Source: Christensenellaceae bacterium
GTDB taxonomy: Bacteria > Bacillota > Clostridia > Christensenellales > Aristaeellaceae
Assembly (NCBI GenBank): GCA_017881705.1
Contig: JADGQP010000056.1
Location: 1-38,426, forward strand
Direction: 5' to 3'
DNA: 38,426 bases
Position 1 is the stretch's first letter; each line of letters begins with the position of its first letter. The position numbers and the translations under genes are program-made. This document shows, one piece after another, positions 16,634 through 25,158 of the stretch. The notes beneath the pieces were generated by a model that was not told where the DNA came from, ran no database searches, and saw nothing but the letters and a program-made list of their open reading frames with translations.

Positions 16634-16999
16634 TCAAAATCCGCCCTGTGAGTCATTCGTTCCGGTTTCTGTTCCCGCGACGGGACGTTCATCCTTGAGT
16701 AGATCCTTCAGTTTCGTCGCCATGCGTCCCCGCTTGACGACGACGGTCATTCGCCCATCCCTGCCCAGCGCCTGGGCGATCAGCCCGGCGGGCACGCTAT
16801 AGAGCGGCACCCGGTGGCTTGCGCAGGAATCGGTAAAGCGCTTTCGGGTTGTCGGGGCGCTGTCTTCGTCCATTAAAACGACAGCGGCCGTTTCGCCGCG
16901 TACCGCTTCCACGCACGCGTCCTGTCCCAGTACCGTCTGTCCGGCCCGGCCGCACAGCCCCAAAAAACCTTTCAGGCTGTTAAGCGTTACATCCGTCAC
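16634..16999 (-). CDS. ylxQ: L7Ae-family RNA-binding protein YlxQ
   Basis: 121 aa. GTG 16999 lies 7 nt after GGGGAGG and overlaps ylxR by 20 nt. It sits between ylxR and infB as in Bacillus. Motif GLCGRAGQTVLG. Confidence 0.8.
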   Translation of the reverse strand: MTDVTLNSLKGFLGLCGRAGQTVLGQDACVEAVRGETAAVVLMDEDSAPTTRKRFTDSCASHRVPLYSVPAGLIAQALGRDGRMTVVVKRGRMATKLKDLLKDERPVAGTETGTNDSQGGF

Positions 17000-17297
17000 G
17001 CGGTACCTCCCCGGCCTTTTCCTTGAGTAACCGCTGCATTGTTTCCGTCAGCTGCAGGTTGGTTGTCTCGTCCAGTTGCGCATCCAGTGCGCGGTCGAGC
17101 TGGCGCTGCTTCAGAGCCCGCTTGAGGCAATCGGCGTTGAAGCATACATACGCGCCGCGTCCGGCCTTTTTTCCCGTGGCATCCAGGCTAACCTCGCCCT
17201 GCGGCGAACGCACGGCGCGAATCAGCTCCTTCTTGGGCTTCATCTCGCGGCAGCCAACGCACATGCGCAGCGGGGTCTTTCGGGGTTTTACCGGCAT
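16980..17297 (-). CDS. ylxR: YlxR/RnpM (DUF448) RNA-binding protein
   Basis: 105 aa. Motifs RMCVGCREMKPKKELIR and GRGAYVC. It lies immediately downstream of nusA. Confidence 0.9.
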   Translation of the reverse strand: MPVKPRKTPLRMCVGCREMKPKKELIRAVRSPQGEVSLDATGKKAGRGAYVCFNADCLKRALKQRQLDRALDAQLDETTNLQLTETMQRLLKEKAGEVPRDGCNA

Positions 17298-17320
17298 ATT
17301 CCGCCTCCTGGGGGGTGAGT

Positions 17321-18562
17321 TTACAGGGTATCGTCCTCGTCCGGCGTTTCCAGCGGCACGTCGGCAAGTTCCGGCAAGCTGGATTCGACGTAAGGCGCTT
17401 CCGGCGCGGCATCGTAATACTGATCATACTCTGTCGGTTCCTCCGGCAGCGGCTCGCCCATGTCGAACATCTGCGCGGCCTGCGCCTGGCTCTTGATATC
17501 AATGCGCCAGCCGGTAAGCTTGGCGGCCAGGCGGGCGTTCTGCCCTTCCTTGCCGATGGCCAGGCTCAGCTGATTATCCGGCACGACCACGCGGCAGGCT
17601 TTATCGTTGTCCGCTACGAATACGCTGAGCACGTGCGCGGGGTTGAGTGCGTTGGCGATAAACTCGGCAGGATCGGGCGACCACTTGATAATGTCGATCT
17701 TCTCGTTTTTCAGCTCCGTCACCACTTTGTCCACGCGGTTGCCCCGCGGGCCAACGCATGCGCCGACCGGGTCAATCACCGGGTCGGTGGAGTACACGGC
17801 CATTTTGGTGCGGCTGCCCGCTTCCCGTGCGATGGATTTAATCTGCACCACACCAGCGGCAATTTCGGGCACTTCCATTTCAAACAGGCGCTTCACCAGC
17901 CCCGGGTGGATACGGCTCACGCGCACTTGCGGACCGCGCAGCATTTCCTTGCCGGTGCGGTTCACTTCCAGTACGTAGACCTTCAGGTGATCGTCCGCGC
18001 GGTATTCCTCGCCCGGGATCCACTCGTTCTTTTCCAGTATGCCTTCGGTGCGGCCCAGCTCCACATAAACGGCGCTCGGCTCCACACGCTGCACGATAGC
18101 GGTAAGAATTTCGTTTTCCTTTTCGGAATACTCGTCGTAGATCTTGCCCTGCTCCGCCTCGCGAATGCGCTGGATAATCACCTGTTTGGCCGTCTGCGCG
18201 GCAGTGCGTAAAAAGCCGGTGGGGGTAACGTCGATCTCCGCGATGTCGCCCATTTGGTAATCGCCGCGGATTTTGTTCGCATCCTCCAGGGTGATCTGGT
18301 TAGCTTCGTCCTCGATCTCGTCGGTGATGAGTTTACGGGCAAACACGTGCGCCACGCCCGTGCGGCGGTCCAGCGTTACGGAAAGGTTGGCCGGCGCGGT
18401 TTCGTCGCGGGACACGTTTTTCTTGTAGGCTGCCTTCAGCGCTTCCTCGATCGCGCCGAAAAGCATATCTTCGCTGATATCCTTTTCCGCGGCCAGCGCG
18501 TGCACGGCATCGATGATCTCAACCTCGCGGGACTGAACCGGTACTTTTTTCGTCGCCTTCAT
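17321..18562 (-). CDS. nusA: Transcription termination/antitermination factor NusA
   Basis: 413 aa with S1 and two KH regions ([34 protein letters not shown]) and an acidic C-terminal tail. AGGAG RBS. Confidence 0.95.
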   Translation of the reverse strand: MKATKKVPVQSREVEIIDAVHALAAEKDISEDMLFGAIEEALKAAYKKNVSRDETAPANLSVTLDRRTGVAHVFARKLITDEIEDEANQITLEDANKIRGDYQMGDIAEIDVTPTGFLRTAAQTAKQVIIQRIREAEQGKIYDEYSEKENEILTAIVQRVEPSAVYVELGRTEGILEKNEWIPGEEYRADDHLKVYVLEVNRTGKEMLRGPQVRVSRIHPGLVKRLFEMEVPEIAAGVVQIKSIAREAGSRTKMAVYSTDPVIDPVGACVGPRGNRVDKVVTELKNEKIDIIKWSPDPAEFIANALNPAHVLSVFVADNDKACRVVVPDNQLSLAIGKEGQNARLAAKLTGWRIDIKSQAQAAQMFDMGEPLPEEPTEYDQYYDAAPEAPYVESSLPELADVPLETPDEDDTL

Positions 18563-18573
18563 TACCGAAACTC

Positions 18574-19056
18574 CTATCTCTCATGTTCTTCTTCAAAATC
18601 GATTATAGGTTTCACCAGCGCTACGGCTTTGCGCGGAAAGGTTTTCTCGCTGCCGTTTTCAAGGCGCAGGGTCACGCTCCCGTCATCCATGTTCGCAAGC
18701 CTGCCCTCGTAGCGTTTCACGCCGTCTACGGGCGCATATAGCTTTACTTCCACCCGCGCGTCTCTGTTCTTTTCAAAACCGCGCGGATCCTGGATGGGGC
18801 GATCCACCCCCGGGCTGGACACTTCCAGATAATCGTATGTCACGCTGTCCAGTTCCGGCTGCACCGCGCGGTGAAAACGTTCGCAATCATTCAGCGTAAC
18901 GCCATCAGGTTTGTCGATGTACAGGCACAGGGTCAGCCCCTGGGATTCTTTGCGTAACGTCACTTCCACCAATTCCAGCGTCTGCTGCGCGGCAATGCGT
19001 TCGGCAATGGCTTGCGCTGTCTGTTTGCCGGCATTCTCAGGTTGTTTTCCTTTCAT
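18574..19056 (-). CDS. rimP: Ribosome maturation factor RimP
   Basis: 160 aa. Motif LEVSSPGVDRPI. It is the first gene of the rimP-nusA-infB operon. Confidence 0.9.
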   Translation of the reverse strand: MKGKQPENAGKQTAQAIAERIAAQQTLELVEVTLRKESQGLTLCLYIDKPDGVTLNDCERFHRAVQPELDSVTYDYLEVSSPGVDRPIQDPRGFEKNRDARVEVKLYAPVDGVKRYEGRLANMDDGSVTLRLENGSEKTFPRKAVALVKPIIDFEEEHER

Positions 19057-19277
19057 GCGAGCGCTTCCCTTTGCAAGGCAATCAAAAAGAGCGGCTTGCT
19101 ATTGTCTCTCTCTCGCCGTACGTTTTTTTTAAATCGGCGGAAACGCGGCTTTATGTCCGTTTCCGACAGAAAAAAACGGCTCGCGCGGGGAAGAAAGACA
19201 ATATCCACTCTTTCGATAAACCCTTCTTTCATGTGGGTCGTATAGTGCTGGGGGAGGCCTTCCGAAGGATGAAAAGC
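19057..19277 (-). promoter_or_regulatory. Long structured 5' leader of the rimP-nusA-infB operon (candidate attenuator)
   Basis: About 221 nt lie between the predicted TSS and the rimP ATG. Two mutually exclusive hairpins are present: A at 19157-19179 (CCGTTT/AAACGG) and B at 19137-19165 (CGGAAACG/CGTTTCCG). Two U-runs occur in the RNA: TTTTTTT (minus strand of 19170-19176, in the loop of hairpin A) and TTTTT (minus strand of 19085-19089). Confidence 0.45.
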
Positions 19278-19283
19278 AGGTAG

Positions 19284-19312
19284 AGTATAGCATATTGGTT
19301 TGGGAAATACAA
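19284..19312 (-). promoter_or_regulatory. Sigma-A promoter of the rimP-nusA-infB operon
   Basis: On the minus strand, TTGTAT (19312..19307), a 17-nt spacer, then TG-n-TATACT (extended -10, hexamer 19289..19284). Confidence 0.6.
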
Positions 19313-19367
19313 GCATTTTACTATCTTGAGGCAAAGAAATGTTGATATTTCGGCGTTTTGCGCGCAT

Positions 19368-19392
19368 GGGCGGAAAGCGAACCGCCTTTTTT
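19368..19392. terminator. Short GC hairpin at the MBL gene stop whose U-tract is on the plus strand only
   Basis: GGCGG (19369-19373), loop aaagcgaa, CCGCC (19382-19386), then TTTTTT (19387-19392) on plus. On the minus strand, the sense of the MBL gene, the hairpin is preceded by A6 and followed by CATGCG. Confidence 0.4.
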
Positions 19393-20251
19393 ATCGGATC
19401 AGGCTGCCGTCCGCATAGGCTCGCACGCTGTCGAAAACAAGCTTGAAACCGTCGGTCGGTACGCATTCGCAAGTCGTCACATCCGAATAGGGTTCGATCC
19501 GTACCGTTTTCGCCTTCAGGTAGGTTTCCGGCCTTAAACCCTCCACGTAATCCTCTACTGCGGCGCGCCCGAAGGGTCGGTCGGTGTGGGGGCAAAGCAC
19601 ATGTGAAAACGGCAGGTACAGGGCGCTGCGCATAGTACACGCGTACTCCGCAAGCGAAGTGCATTCTTTAAAAAACAGCCAGACGACGGGGTTCAGGTTA
19701 TCCCCGGCCAACAGCAGCCGCCTTTCTTCCACAAGCAGGCCTACCGAACCCATCGTATGGCCCGGCATCGGCCATACCCGTACATGCAGCCCACCCAGGT
19801 CGAAAGACTGCTGAGCAAGCGTGCAGGGTTCAGGCAGCAAGGAAGCCAGATAATCGGCGCGCTGTTCATCGTTCAAAGGCACGCCCGCATCTGCCGCGCG
19901 CTGCAAAATACGCGCACGCACGGCCACGCCCGCATTTTGCCGGTAACTTTCCCCTTCGCCCTCCGGCAAGTAGATTTCTTCAAACCATCGGCAGCCCAGC
20001 GCATGATCGTGATGTCCGTGGGTAAGCACAACGGTAACCGGCAGCGGCGTAATTCGGCGCAGCAGCGGCAGCGGGTCGAAAAGGCCGTATCCCGTATCGA
20101 ACAACAGGGCGGCCTTTTCACCCACCAGCAGCGTCATATGCGCCGAGAGCGCATCCCGAATATGGTAGACTCCCGCGAAGGGATTGCACACCGTAAACTG
20201 TCGCTTGGCCATCCGGTTTTCCGCCTTCCGCATCGTGCCGCACGCCGCCAT
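19391..20251 (-). CDS. MBL-fold metallo-hydrolase
   Basis: 286-aa ORF with the motif VVLTHGHHDHALG (HxHxDH). The start is uncertain; ATG 20212 (MAKRQFTV...) is an alternative. Substrate unknown. Confidence 0.75.
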   Translation of the reverse strand: MAACGTMRKAENRMAKRQFTVCNPFAGVYHIRDALSAHMTLLVGEKAALLFDTGYGLFDPLPLLRRITPLPVTVVLTHGHHDHALGCRWFEEIYLPEGEGESYRQNAGVAVRARILQRAADAGVPLNDEQRADYLASLLPEPCTLAQQSFDLGGLHVRVWPMPGHTMGSVGLLVEERRLLLAGDNLNPVVWLFFKECTSLAEYACTMRSALYLPFSHVLCPHTDRPFGRAAVEDYVEGLRPETYLKAKTVRIEPYSDVTTCECVPTDGFKLVFDSVRAYADGSLIR

Positions 20252-20271
20252 CGGAGCTTCTTCCTCGCTGT

Positions 20272-21786
20272 TTACGCGCCGATGCGCCGCAAGATCAGAC
20301 GCACCACATCGTTTTCCCGCATAGGTACGGAAAGCGTCGCCTCGCCGCTCGGACTTACGGTGAAACTTTCCACATTTTCCGGCGCGCCGGATGTGAGTTT
20401 GGCCAGCGCCGCGGTTTGCTGCGCGCTGGGTGTTTCATAACCGTCCAACGCTTTGAGTCCCGCGCGCAGGTACAGGGTATACACGTCGTTGGCCAGGTAC
20501 CCCGCGCGATACCGCTCCACGGTATATTCCCCGGGGGTCAAGCCGGAAAGCGCAACGCGCGCGTTCTCCAGCGCCTTCGAGGGCAGATCACGGGTAAAAT
20601 AGGCCTCGTTTGTGGCGTCCTGCTTGGGCAGGGTGTAATCCCATAAAAGCACGTGCACGGCCATATCGTCCACGGCGGCGTAGCTATCCGCATCGCCGGT
20701 AGGCAGTTCGGTATCCGGCAATTCGCACAGCCAGCGATAGGCAAAGAATGTCGGCTTTTTCAGCCCCTGCTCGTTCATCAGTCCGAAACCGCCGTGGAAA
20801 GGCGTAGGCCCGGGGCCCGCTTCCTCAAAGATATCGGTGAACGTCCAATAGCTCATGCTGTCCACATAGCCTTCGCAGCGTTTGAGCGTATACAGGATAA
20901 ACGGTGCGCTTACATAACTGTCATGCACGTTATCCCGCGGGGAATAGCTGTTGGAATATTCGGTAAACAGGATGGGGAGGTTGGGCATGGCACTGGTTCG
21001 TACTTGCTTACAAACGTTTCGCACGTCTTTCACCACGCAGTCCGGCACGGGGATCAACTTGTGCCGGTCGCTGCCGAATTCGTCAAACGCGCCTTCCACG
21101 CCATAGCTGTGCGTAGAAATAAAATCGATAGGCGCGCCGGTCTGCACGCAATGCTCGATCATCTCGGGAACCCACGCGCCTTCTATAAGGCCTGCCGTAG
21201 CGGGGCCGCCCACGAGGTAAGCCGCGTCCACTGCCTTAACCTCGGCAACGGTGTCATCGTACAGGGTAAAATAATCCGCCCGCGAGCCGGCAAAAAACAT
21301 ATCCATGTTGGGCTCGTTCCAGACTTCAAAATACCAGCGGCGCACCTCGGCGGTCCCGTAACGCGCGGTGAAGTGACGAACCAACGCGCCGATCAGCTGG
21401 CGCCAGCGGCTTCTGTCCGCGGGCGGCGTGATGTTGCCTTTCCACCAAAATACGGTCTTGTCGCCGCTCTTTAGGCAGTCCGGCATAAAACTCAGCTCCA
21501 CCACCGGCCGGATGCCGCGTTTGAGCATTTCATCCATCACCAGGTCGATATACTGCCAGTTGAACAGCAATTTACCTTTTTCGTCCTCACGGCATACCGC
21601 CATATCGTCGCTGAGCAGGCCGTGAAAGCGCAGGTAACGAAAATGGCAGCTTTCCTGCAAGGTGCTCAGCTGTTCCAGCGTCTGCGCGCGAAGCATCTCC
21701 CCCGCGCGGCCCGCGCCTACGCAGTGGTCAAAAAACCGGTCGAGCGGTTTACGGGTTCCCTGTACGTCAATTTGCAGCTTTCTCAT
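20272..21786 (-). CDS. xynB: GH39 xylan 1,4-beta-xylosidase
   Basis: 504 aa. It is collinear with my recollection of Thermoanaerobacterium XynB: FRYLRFHGLLSDDM, FEVWNEPN (acid/base Glu), NLPILFTEYSNSYSP (nucleophile Glu), SYWTFTDIFEE, FHGGFGL. Confidence 0.9.
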   Translation of the reverse strand: MRKLQIDVQGTRKPLDRFFDHCVGAGRAGEMLRAQTLEQLSTLQESCHFRYLRFHGLLSDDMAVCREDEKGKLLFNWQYIDLVMDEMLKRGIRPVVELSFMPDCLKSGDKTVFWWKGNITPPADRSRWRQLIGALVRHFTARYGTAEVRRWYFEVWNEPNMDMFFAGSRADYFTLYDDTVAEVKAVDAAYLVGGPATAGLIEGAWVPEMIEHCVQTGAPIDFISTHSYGVEGAFDEFGSDRHKLIPVPDCVVKDVRNVCKQVRTSAMPNLPILFTEYSNSYSPRDNVHDSYVSAPFILYTLKRCEGYVDSMSYWTFTDIFEEAGPGPTPFHGGFGLMNEQGLKKPTFFAYRWLCELPDTELPTGDADSYAAVDDMAVHVLLWDYTLPKQDATNEAYFTRDLPSKALENARVALSGLTPGEYTVERYRAGYLANDVYTLYLRAGLKALDGYETPSAQQTAALAKLTSGAPENVESFTVSPSGEATLSVPMRENDVVRLILRRIGA

Positions 21787-21843
21787 GGCTAACCATCCTT
21801 TATAAATTGATTTGTTTCATTGCCGTTTGCGTGTTTTCCTTGG

Positions 21844-21872
21844 TTGCAACCAATTTCCATTGTGTGTATAAT
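21844..21872 (+). promoter_or_regulatory. Near-consensus sigma-A promoter of the RR-HK-RR operon
   Basis: TTGCAA (21844-21849), a 17-nt spacer, then TATAAT (21867-21872). It lies about 64 nt upstream of the TTG start at 21936. Confidence 0.6.
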
Positions 21873-21935
21873 GGTTTCATCAGAAGCATGAAAAATCCTT
21901 CGTTCCCAAAAAGATAAAGGTTAGGCGGTGAATCC

Positions 21936-23429
21936 TTGTATCGCGCGGTGATAGCGGACGACGAACCTTTTATGCTCGAAGGGATGCGCCTGATGATCGA
22001 TTGGGCGCGCTGCGGCTTTGAGCTTTGCGGCGAGGCGGCCACAGCGCAGGAAGCGCTGCGGCTGATTGATACGCGAAAACCGCATCTGTTGATTACCGAC
22101 GTACGGATGCCCGGAATGCTGGGCACCGACCTGGCCGCGATCGTCAACCGATACCACCCCGACGTGACCGTGCTGTTTTTCAGCGGGTATCGGGATTTCA
22201 CTTACGCGCAGGCCGCAATACGCACGCACGCTTTCGGCTACCTGCTCAAGCCCATCGACGTTGAAGAGGTGGAAGCGACGCTGCTGAAGGTGAAAGCGGA
22301 ACTCGACACGCGCGCGTCCATCAAGGAAGCCCGGAAGATCCCGGTATTGCGCGACCAGGTGCTCAACAGGATCGCACTTGGCGACGAAAGTCCCGAAAGC
22401 ATGCTGCGCGCCGGGGCGCTTTTATCCCTGCAGAAGGACGATCCCTGTTATTGCGCGGTGCTTGTGCGCGAGCGCGACGCTATACCCGAAGCGGTCGGGC
22501 TGATGCTGTCCGCTTACAGCGCCATACCTTTTCTGCTTTCTCCCACGCAGGTTGGCATGGTCTTTCGGCAGGTGGAGCGCGATTTGCCCGCTCTCTCCGG
22601 CGTGCTTGCGGGGCTTTCGCAGGGGGCGCAATACCGGCTGAGCGTAGGCGGTGTATACAGCGGACCACAGGGGTTCGCGCGCAGCCTTCGCGAGGCGCTG
22701 GACGCGCAGGGCGTGCTGTTTGAAACGCACGGCGGGCTGCTGTTGTACCGGCCTTTCGACAAGGACGTCGCCGCATGGCTGGCTCGCTTTCGCCCGTCCG
22801 ATCTGGCTAGCGCGCTAACCGATGAAAACCCCGAAGCGCTGGAAGCGGCGCTATCTTCCCTGCGCCAGGCAGTCGCAGAATTTCACCCAAGCCGGTTCTC
22901 GCTTCGGTGGATGGCCGCCGCTTTGGACGCTATGCTTCCCACCGCCGCTGCCGTACGCAGCCGTTCGCCGCTTTGCGCGTTATGGCGAAACGAAACGCAG
23001 GAGTCTTCCGCCTGGCTGGACACGTTTTGCGAGCAGCTGCGCAGTATGCGCGGCGTCGTTAAGCTGGAAACCGGCGATGGCTGGCCCGCCGCGGTGCAGG
23101 CAACCGTGGCGGCGATTCGCACACGGTACGCCGAGCCGTTATGCATTGGTACGGTCGCGGACGAACTGCATATGAACTCCGCCTATCTTGGGCAAATCGT
23201 GCGCCGTTACACAGGCGCGACTTTCCACCGCAGGCTTCAGGTAACGCGCATTGAGCACGCCTGTCTTTTGCTTCGCCAAACGATGCGCTCGGTTGGCGAG
23301 ATTGCCATGGAAGTCGGGTTTAAAGACGTGGATTACTTTTCCAGGCAGTTTCACAGCCGTATGGGCATAAGTCCGGTCGCGTACCGCGGCGCCGAGGCTT
23401 CCAGGGAGGATTGCCATGCACCGAATTAA
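21936..23429 (+). CDS. Response regulator with receiver and AraC-type HTH domains (YesN-like), copy 1
   Basis: 497 aa. TTG 21936 follows AGGCGGTG. REC motifs are DDEP and LLITDVRMPGM, with KP in YLLKP. The C-terminal AraC HTH includes YLGQIVRRYTG and DVDYFSRQFHSRMGISPVAYR. It overlaps the kinase gene by 14 nt. Confidence 0.85.
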   Translation: MYRAVIADDEPFMLEGMRLMIDWARCGFELCGEAATAQEALRLIDTRKPHLLITDVRMPGMLGTDLAAIVNRYHPDVTVLFFSGYRDFTYAQAAIRTHAFGYLLKPIDVEEVEATLLKVKAELDTRASIKEARKIPVLRDQVLNRIALGDESPESMLRAGALLSLQKDDPCYCAVLVRERDAIPEAVGLMLSAYSAIPFLLSPTQVGMVFRQVERDLPALSGVLAGLSQGAQYRLSVGGVYSGPQGFARSLREALDAQGVLFETHGGLLLYRPFDKDVAAWLARFRPSDLASALTDENPEALEAALSSLRQAVAEFHPSRFSLRWMAAALDAMLPTAAAVRSRSPLCALWRNETQESSAWLDTFCEQLRSMRGVVKLETGDGWPAAVQATVAAIRTRYAEPLCIGTVADELHMNSAYLGQIVRRYTGATFHRRLQVTRIEHACLLLRQTMRSVGEIAMEVGFKDVDYFSRQFHSRMGISPVAYRGAEASREDCHAPN

Positions 23430-25155
23430 CGACCTGCCGATTCGCAGCAAGTTCATACTGCTCTATCTGCTGGGGGTGCTTGTGCCCATCGGCGTTCTGT
23501 TGATATACGTGCTTACCAATGTGACTGCGGAAATCCGCGTGCGGGAAACCCATAATGCCGAGCAATCGCTGCAGCGGGTGTACACAACGTTGAACACGCA
23601 GTTTTCAAACGTTGTGTCGCTGAGCAACGCAGTTTCCAGCGACAGCCAGATCGAAGGGCTGCTGGCGCGTCGATACGAAACGCCTAACGCGTATTATAGC
23701 ACCTATTACTCCGAAATGCGCCCTATTCTCACCCGATATTCGATGGCTTATTCCCAACAGGTAACGGATCTTACGCTCTACACCAACAACCCGACCGTGT
23801 TTGACGGCGGAATCTGCCGACATATCACCGCTGCGCTTCGTTCGCAGGAGTGGTTTCCCCCGCAAACGCCGGCCGACGCACAGTTGGAGGTGTATCTGCG
23901 CCAGCAGGTGGGGCAAACCAGCATTTTGCAGTTGTGCCTCACCCGGTCACTGCATGACCAGTCCCCCTACACAGAGGTTTTACGGATCGATTTCAACATG
24001 GAGCCCATTAACCGACTGATCACGGACGAAAGATCCTACCTCTCGCTGTACCTGGTAGCGCCGGACGGCACGGCCGTATGCTACCCCGATAGCCTGCAGG
24101 ATATCCATATGTCGGATCGCAGCATCCGACCGCCTGAAAACACAGCCTTATCCATGCCGTTTGGCGAGCACACAGCCATGCAGGGCTGGAAGCTGCTGGC
24201 CAATATCAATGTGGAGCCGATGCAGCGCAGCATTCGGGAGGCCGTATGGGTGGGGTTATCGCTGGGCGTGGTATGCTCCGTATTCGCGGGTGCGATGGCG
24301 CTGTTGTTTTCCCGTTCCATAGCGTTACGCAGCCAGCGGTTGCTGCGCCATATGGACAGCATGACCGCCGAGCACTTCTCCCCCATCGAACATGAGGCGG
24401 GCCGCGACGAAATCGGCAATCTTACCGCGCATTTCAACGCCATGGGCACACGGCTTAGTCAGCTGATCAACGATCTGTACGTGCTGCAGTTAAAACAAAA
24501 GAGCCTGGAACTGGAGAATGTGCGCGCGGAGCTGAAATACCTTCAGGCACAGGTCGATCCGCATTTTCTGTTTAACACGTTAAACGCGATACTGGTGCTG
24601 AGCGTCCGCAACGGTCACACAGAGGAGGCCGAGATTATCCGCGCGCTTTCCAAACTGCTGCGCCGGATGGTGGATACCTCGCGGGACGTGGTGCCCCTCG
24701 GTGAGGAATTGGACTTCGTGCGTATGGTACTGAAAGTGGAACAGTTCCGTTTTGGCGACAAACTGCGTTATGAGTTCGACGTAACACCCGAGGCTGAAAA
24801 GCGCACCGTGCCTGTGATGAGCGTGCAAGGGCTGGTGGAGAATGCCTGCAAGCACGGCATCCAAAGCCTCAGCGAGCCCGGCTTTATCCACATCATGGCA
24901 CGGGTGGAAGCGGACGGAACACTCACGGTGGAGGTAAGCGATAACGGCGTGGGCATGAAACCCGGGAAACTGGAAGAGCTGCAAAGGCAGATCGTCAGCG
25001 CCCGGGACATACCCGAAAGCGTGGGGCTGCAAAACATTTACCGCCGGCTGGCATTACATTACGGCACGGCTGTCGTGCTGGAGCTGCGCCTCGCTCCGGA
25101 ACATGGCATGATCGCCACCATCCGAATACCCGAAAGCGTTGTGGAGGAGGGATAA
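23416..25155 (+). CDS. Sensor histidine kinase, YesM/LytS-type (2 TM, extracytoplasmic sensor, HAMP, His_kinase, HATPase)
   Basis: 579 aa. TM1 is FILLYLLGVLVPIGVLLIYVL and TM2 is VWVGLSLGVVCSVFAGAMALLF. The H-box region is LQAQVDPHFLFNTLN. The ATPase N-box is LVENACKHG and the G-box is DNGVGM. Confidence 0.88.
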   Translation: MHRINDLPIRSKFILLYLLGVLVPIGVLLIYVLTNVTAEIRVRETHNAEQSLQRVYTTLNTQFSNVVSLSNAVSSDSQIEGLLARRYETPNAYYSTYYSEMRPILTRYSMAYSQQVTDLTLYTNNPTVFDGGICRHITAALRSQEWFPPQTPADAQLEVYLRQQVGQTSILQLCLTRSLHDQSPYTEVLRIDFNMEPINRLITDERSYLSLYLVAPDGTAVCYPDSLQDIHMSDRSIRPPENTALSMPFGEHTAMQGWKLLANINVEPMQRSIREAVWVGLSLGVVCSVFAGAMALLFSRSIALRSQRLLRHMDSMTAEHFSPIEHEAGRDEIGNLTAHFNAMGTRLSQLINDLYVLQLKQKSLELENVRAELKYLQAQVDPHFLFNTLNAILVLSVRNGHTEEAEIIRALSKLLRRMVDTSRDVVPLGEELDFVRMVLKVEQFRFGDKLRYEFDVTPEAEKRTVPVMSVQGLVENACKHGIQSLSEPGFIHIMARVEADGTLTVEVSDNGVGMKPGKLEELQRQIVSARDIPESVGLQNIYRRLALHYGTAVVLELRLAPEHGMIATIRIPESVVEEG

Positions 25156-25158
25156 GCC

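Noticed and set aside
19053-19664. 203-aa minus-strand ORF spanning the rimP leader/promoter and the 3' part of the MBL gene in another frame
   Set aside because: It runs through a well-defined promoter and hairpins, overlaps the MBL frame that carries the HxHxDH motif, and has no RBS.
21844-21849. The palindromic hexamer TTGCAA as a shared -35 for both divergent promoters (GH39 and the RR-HK-RR operon)
   Set aside because: On the minus strand no acceptable -10 follows at 16-18 nt (ACGGCA). The only TATAAA-like element overlaps the GH39 RBS. The GH39 promoter is therefore left unassigned and is probably activator-dependent.
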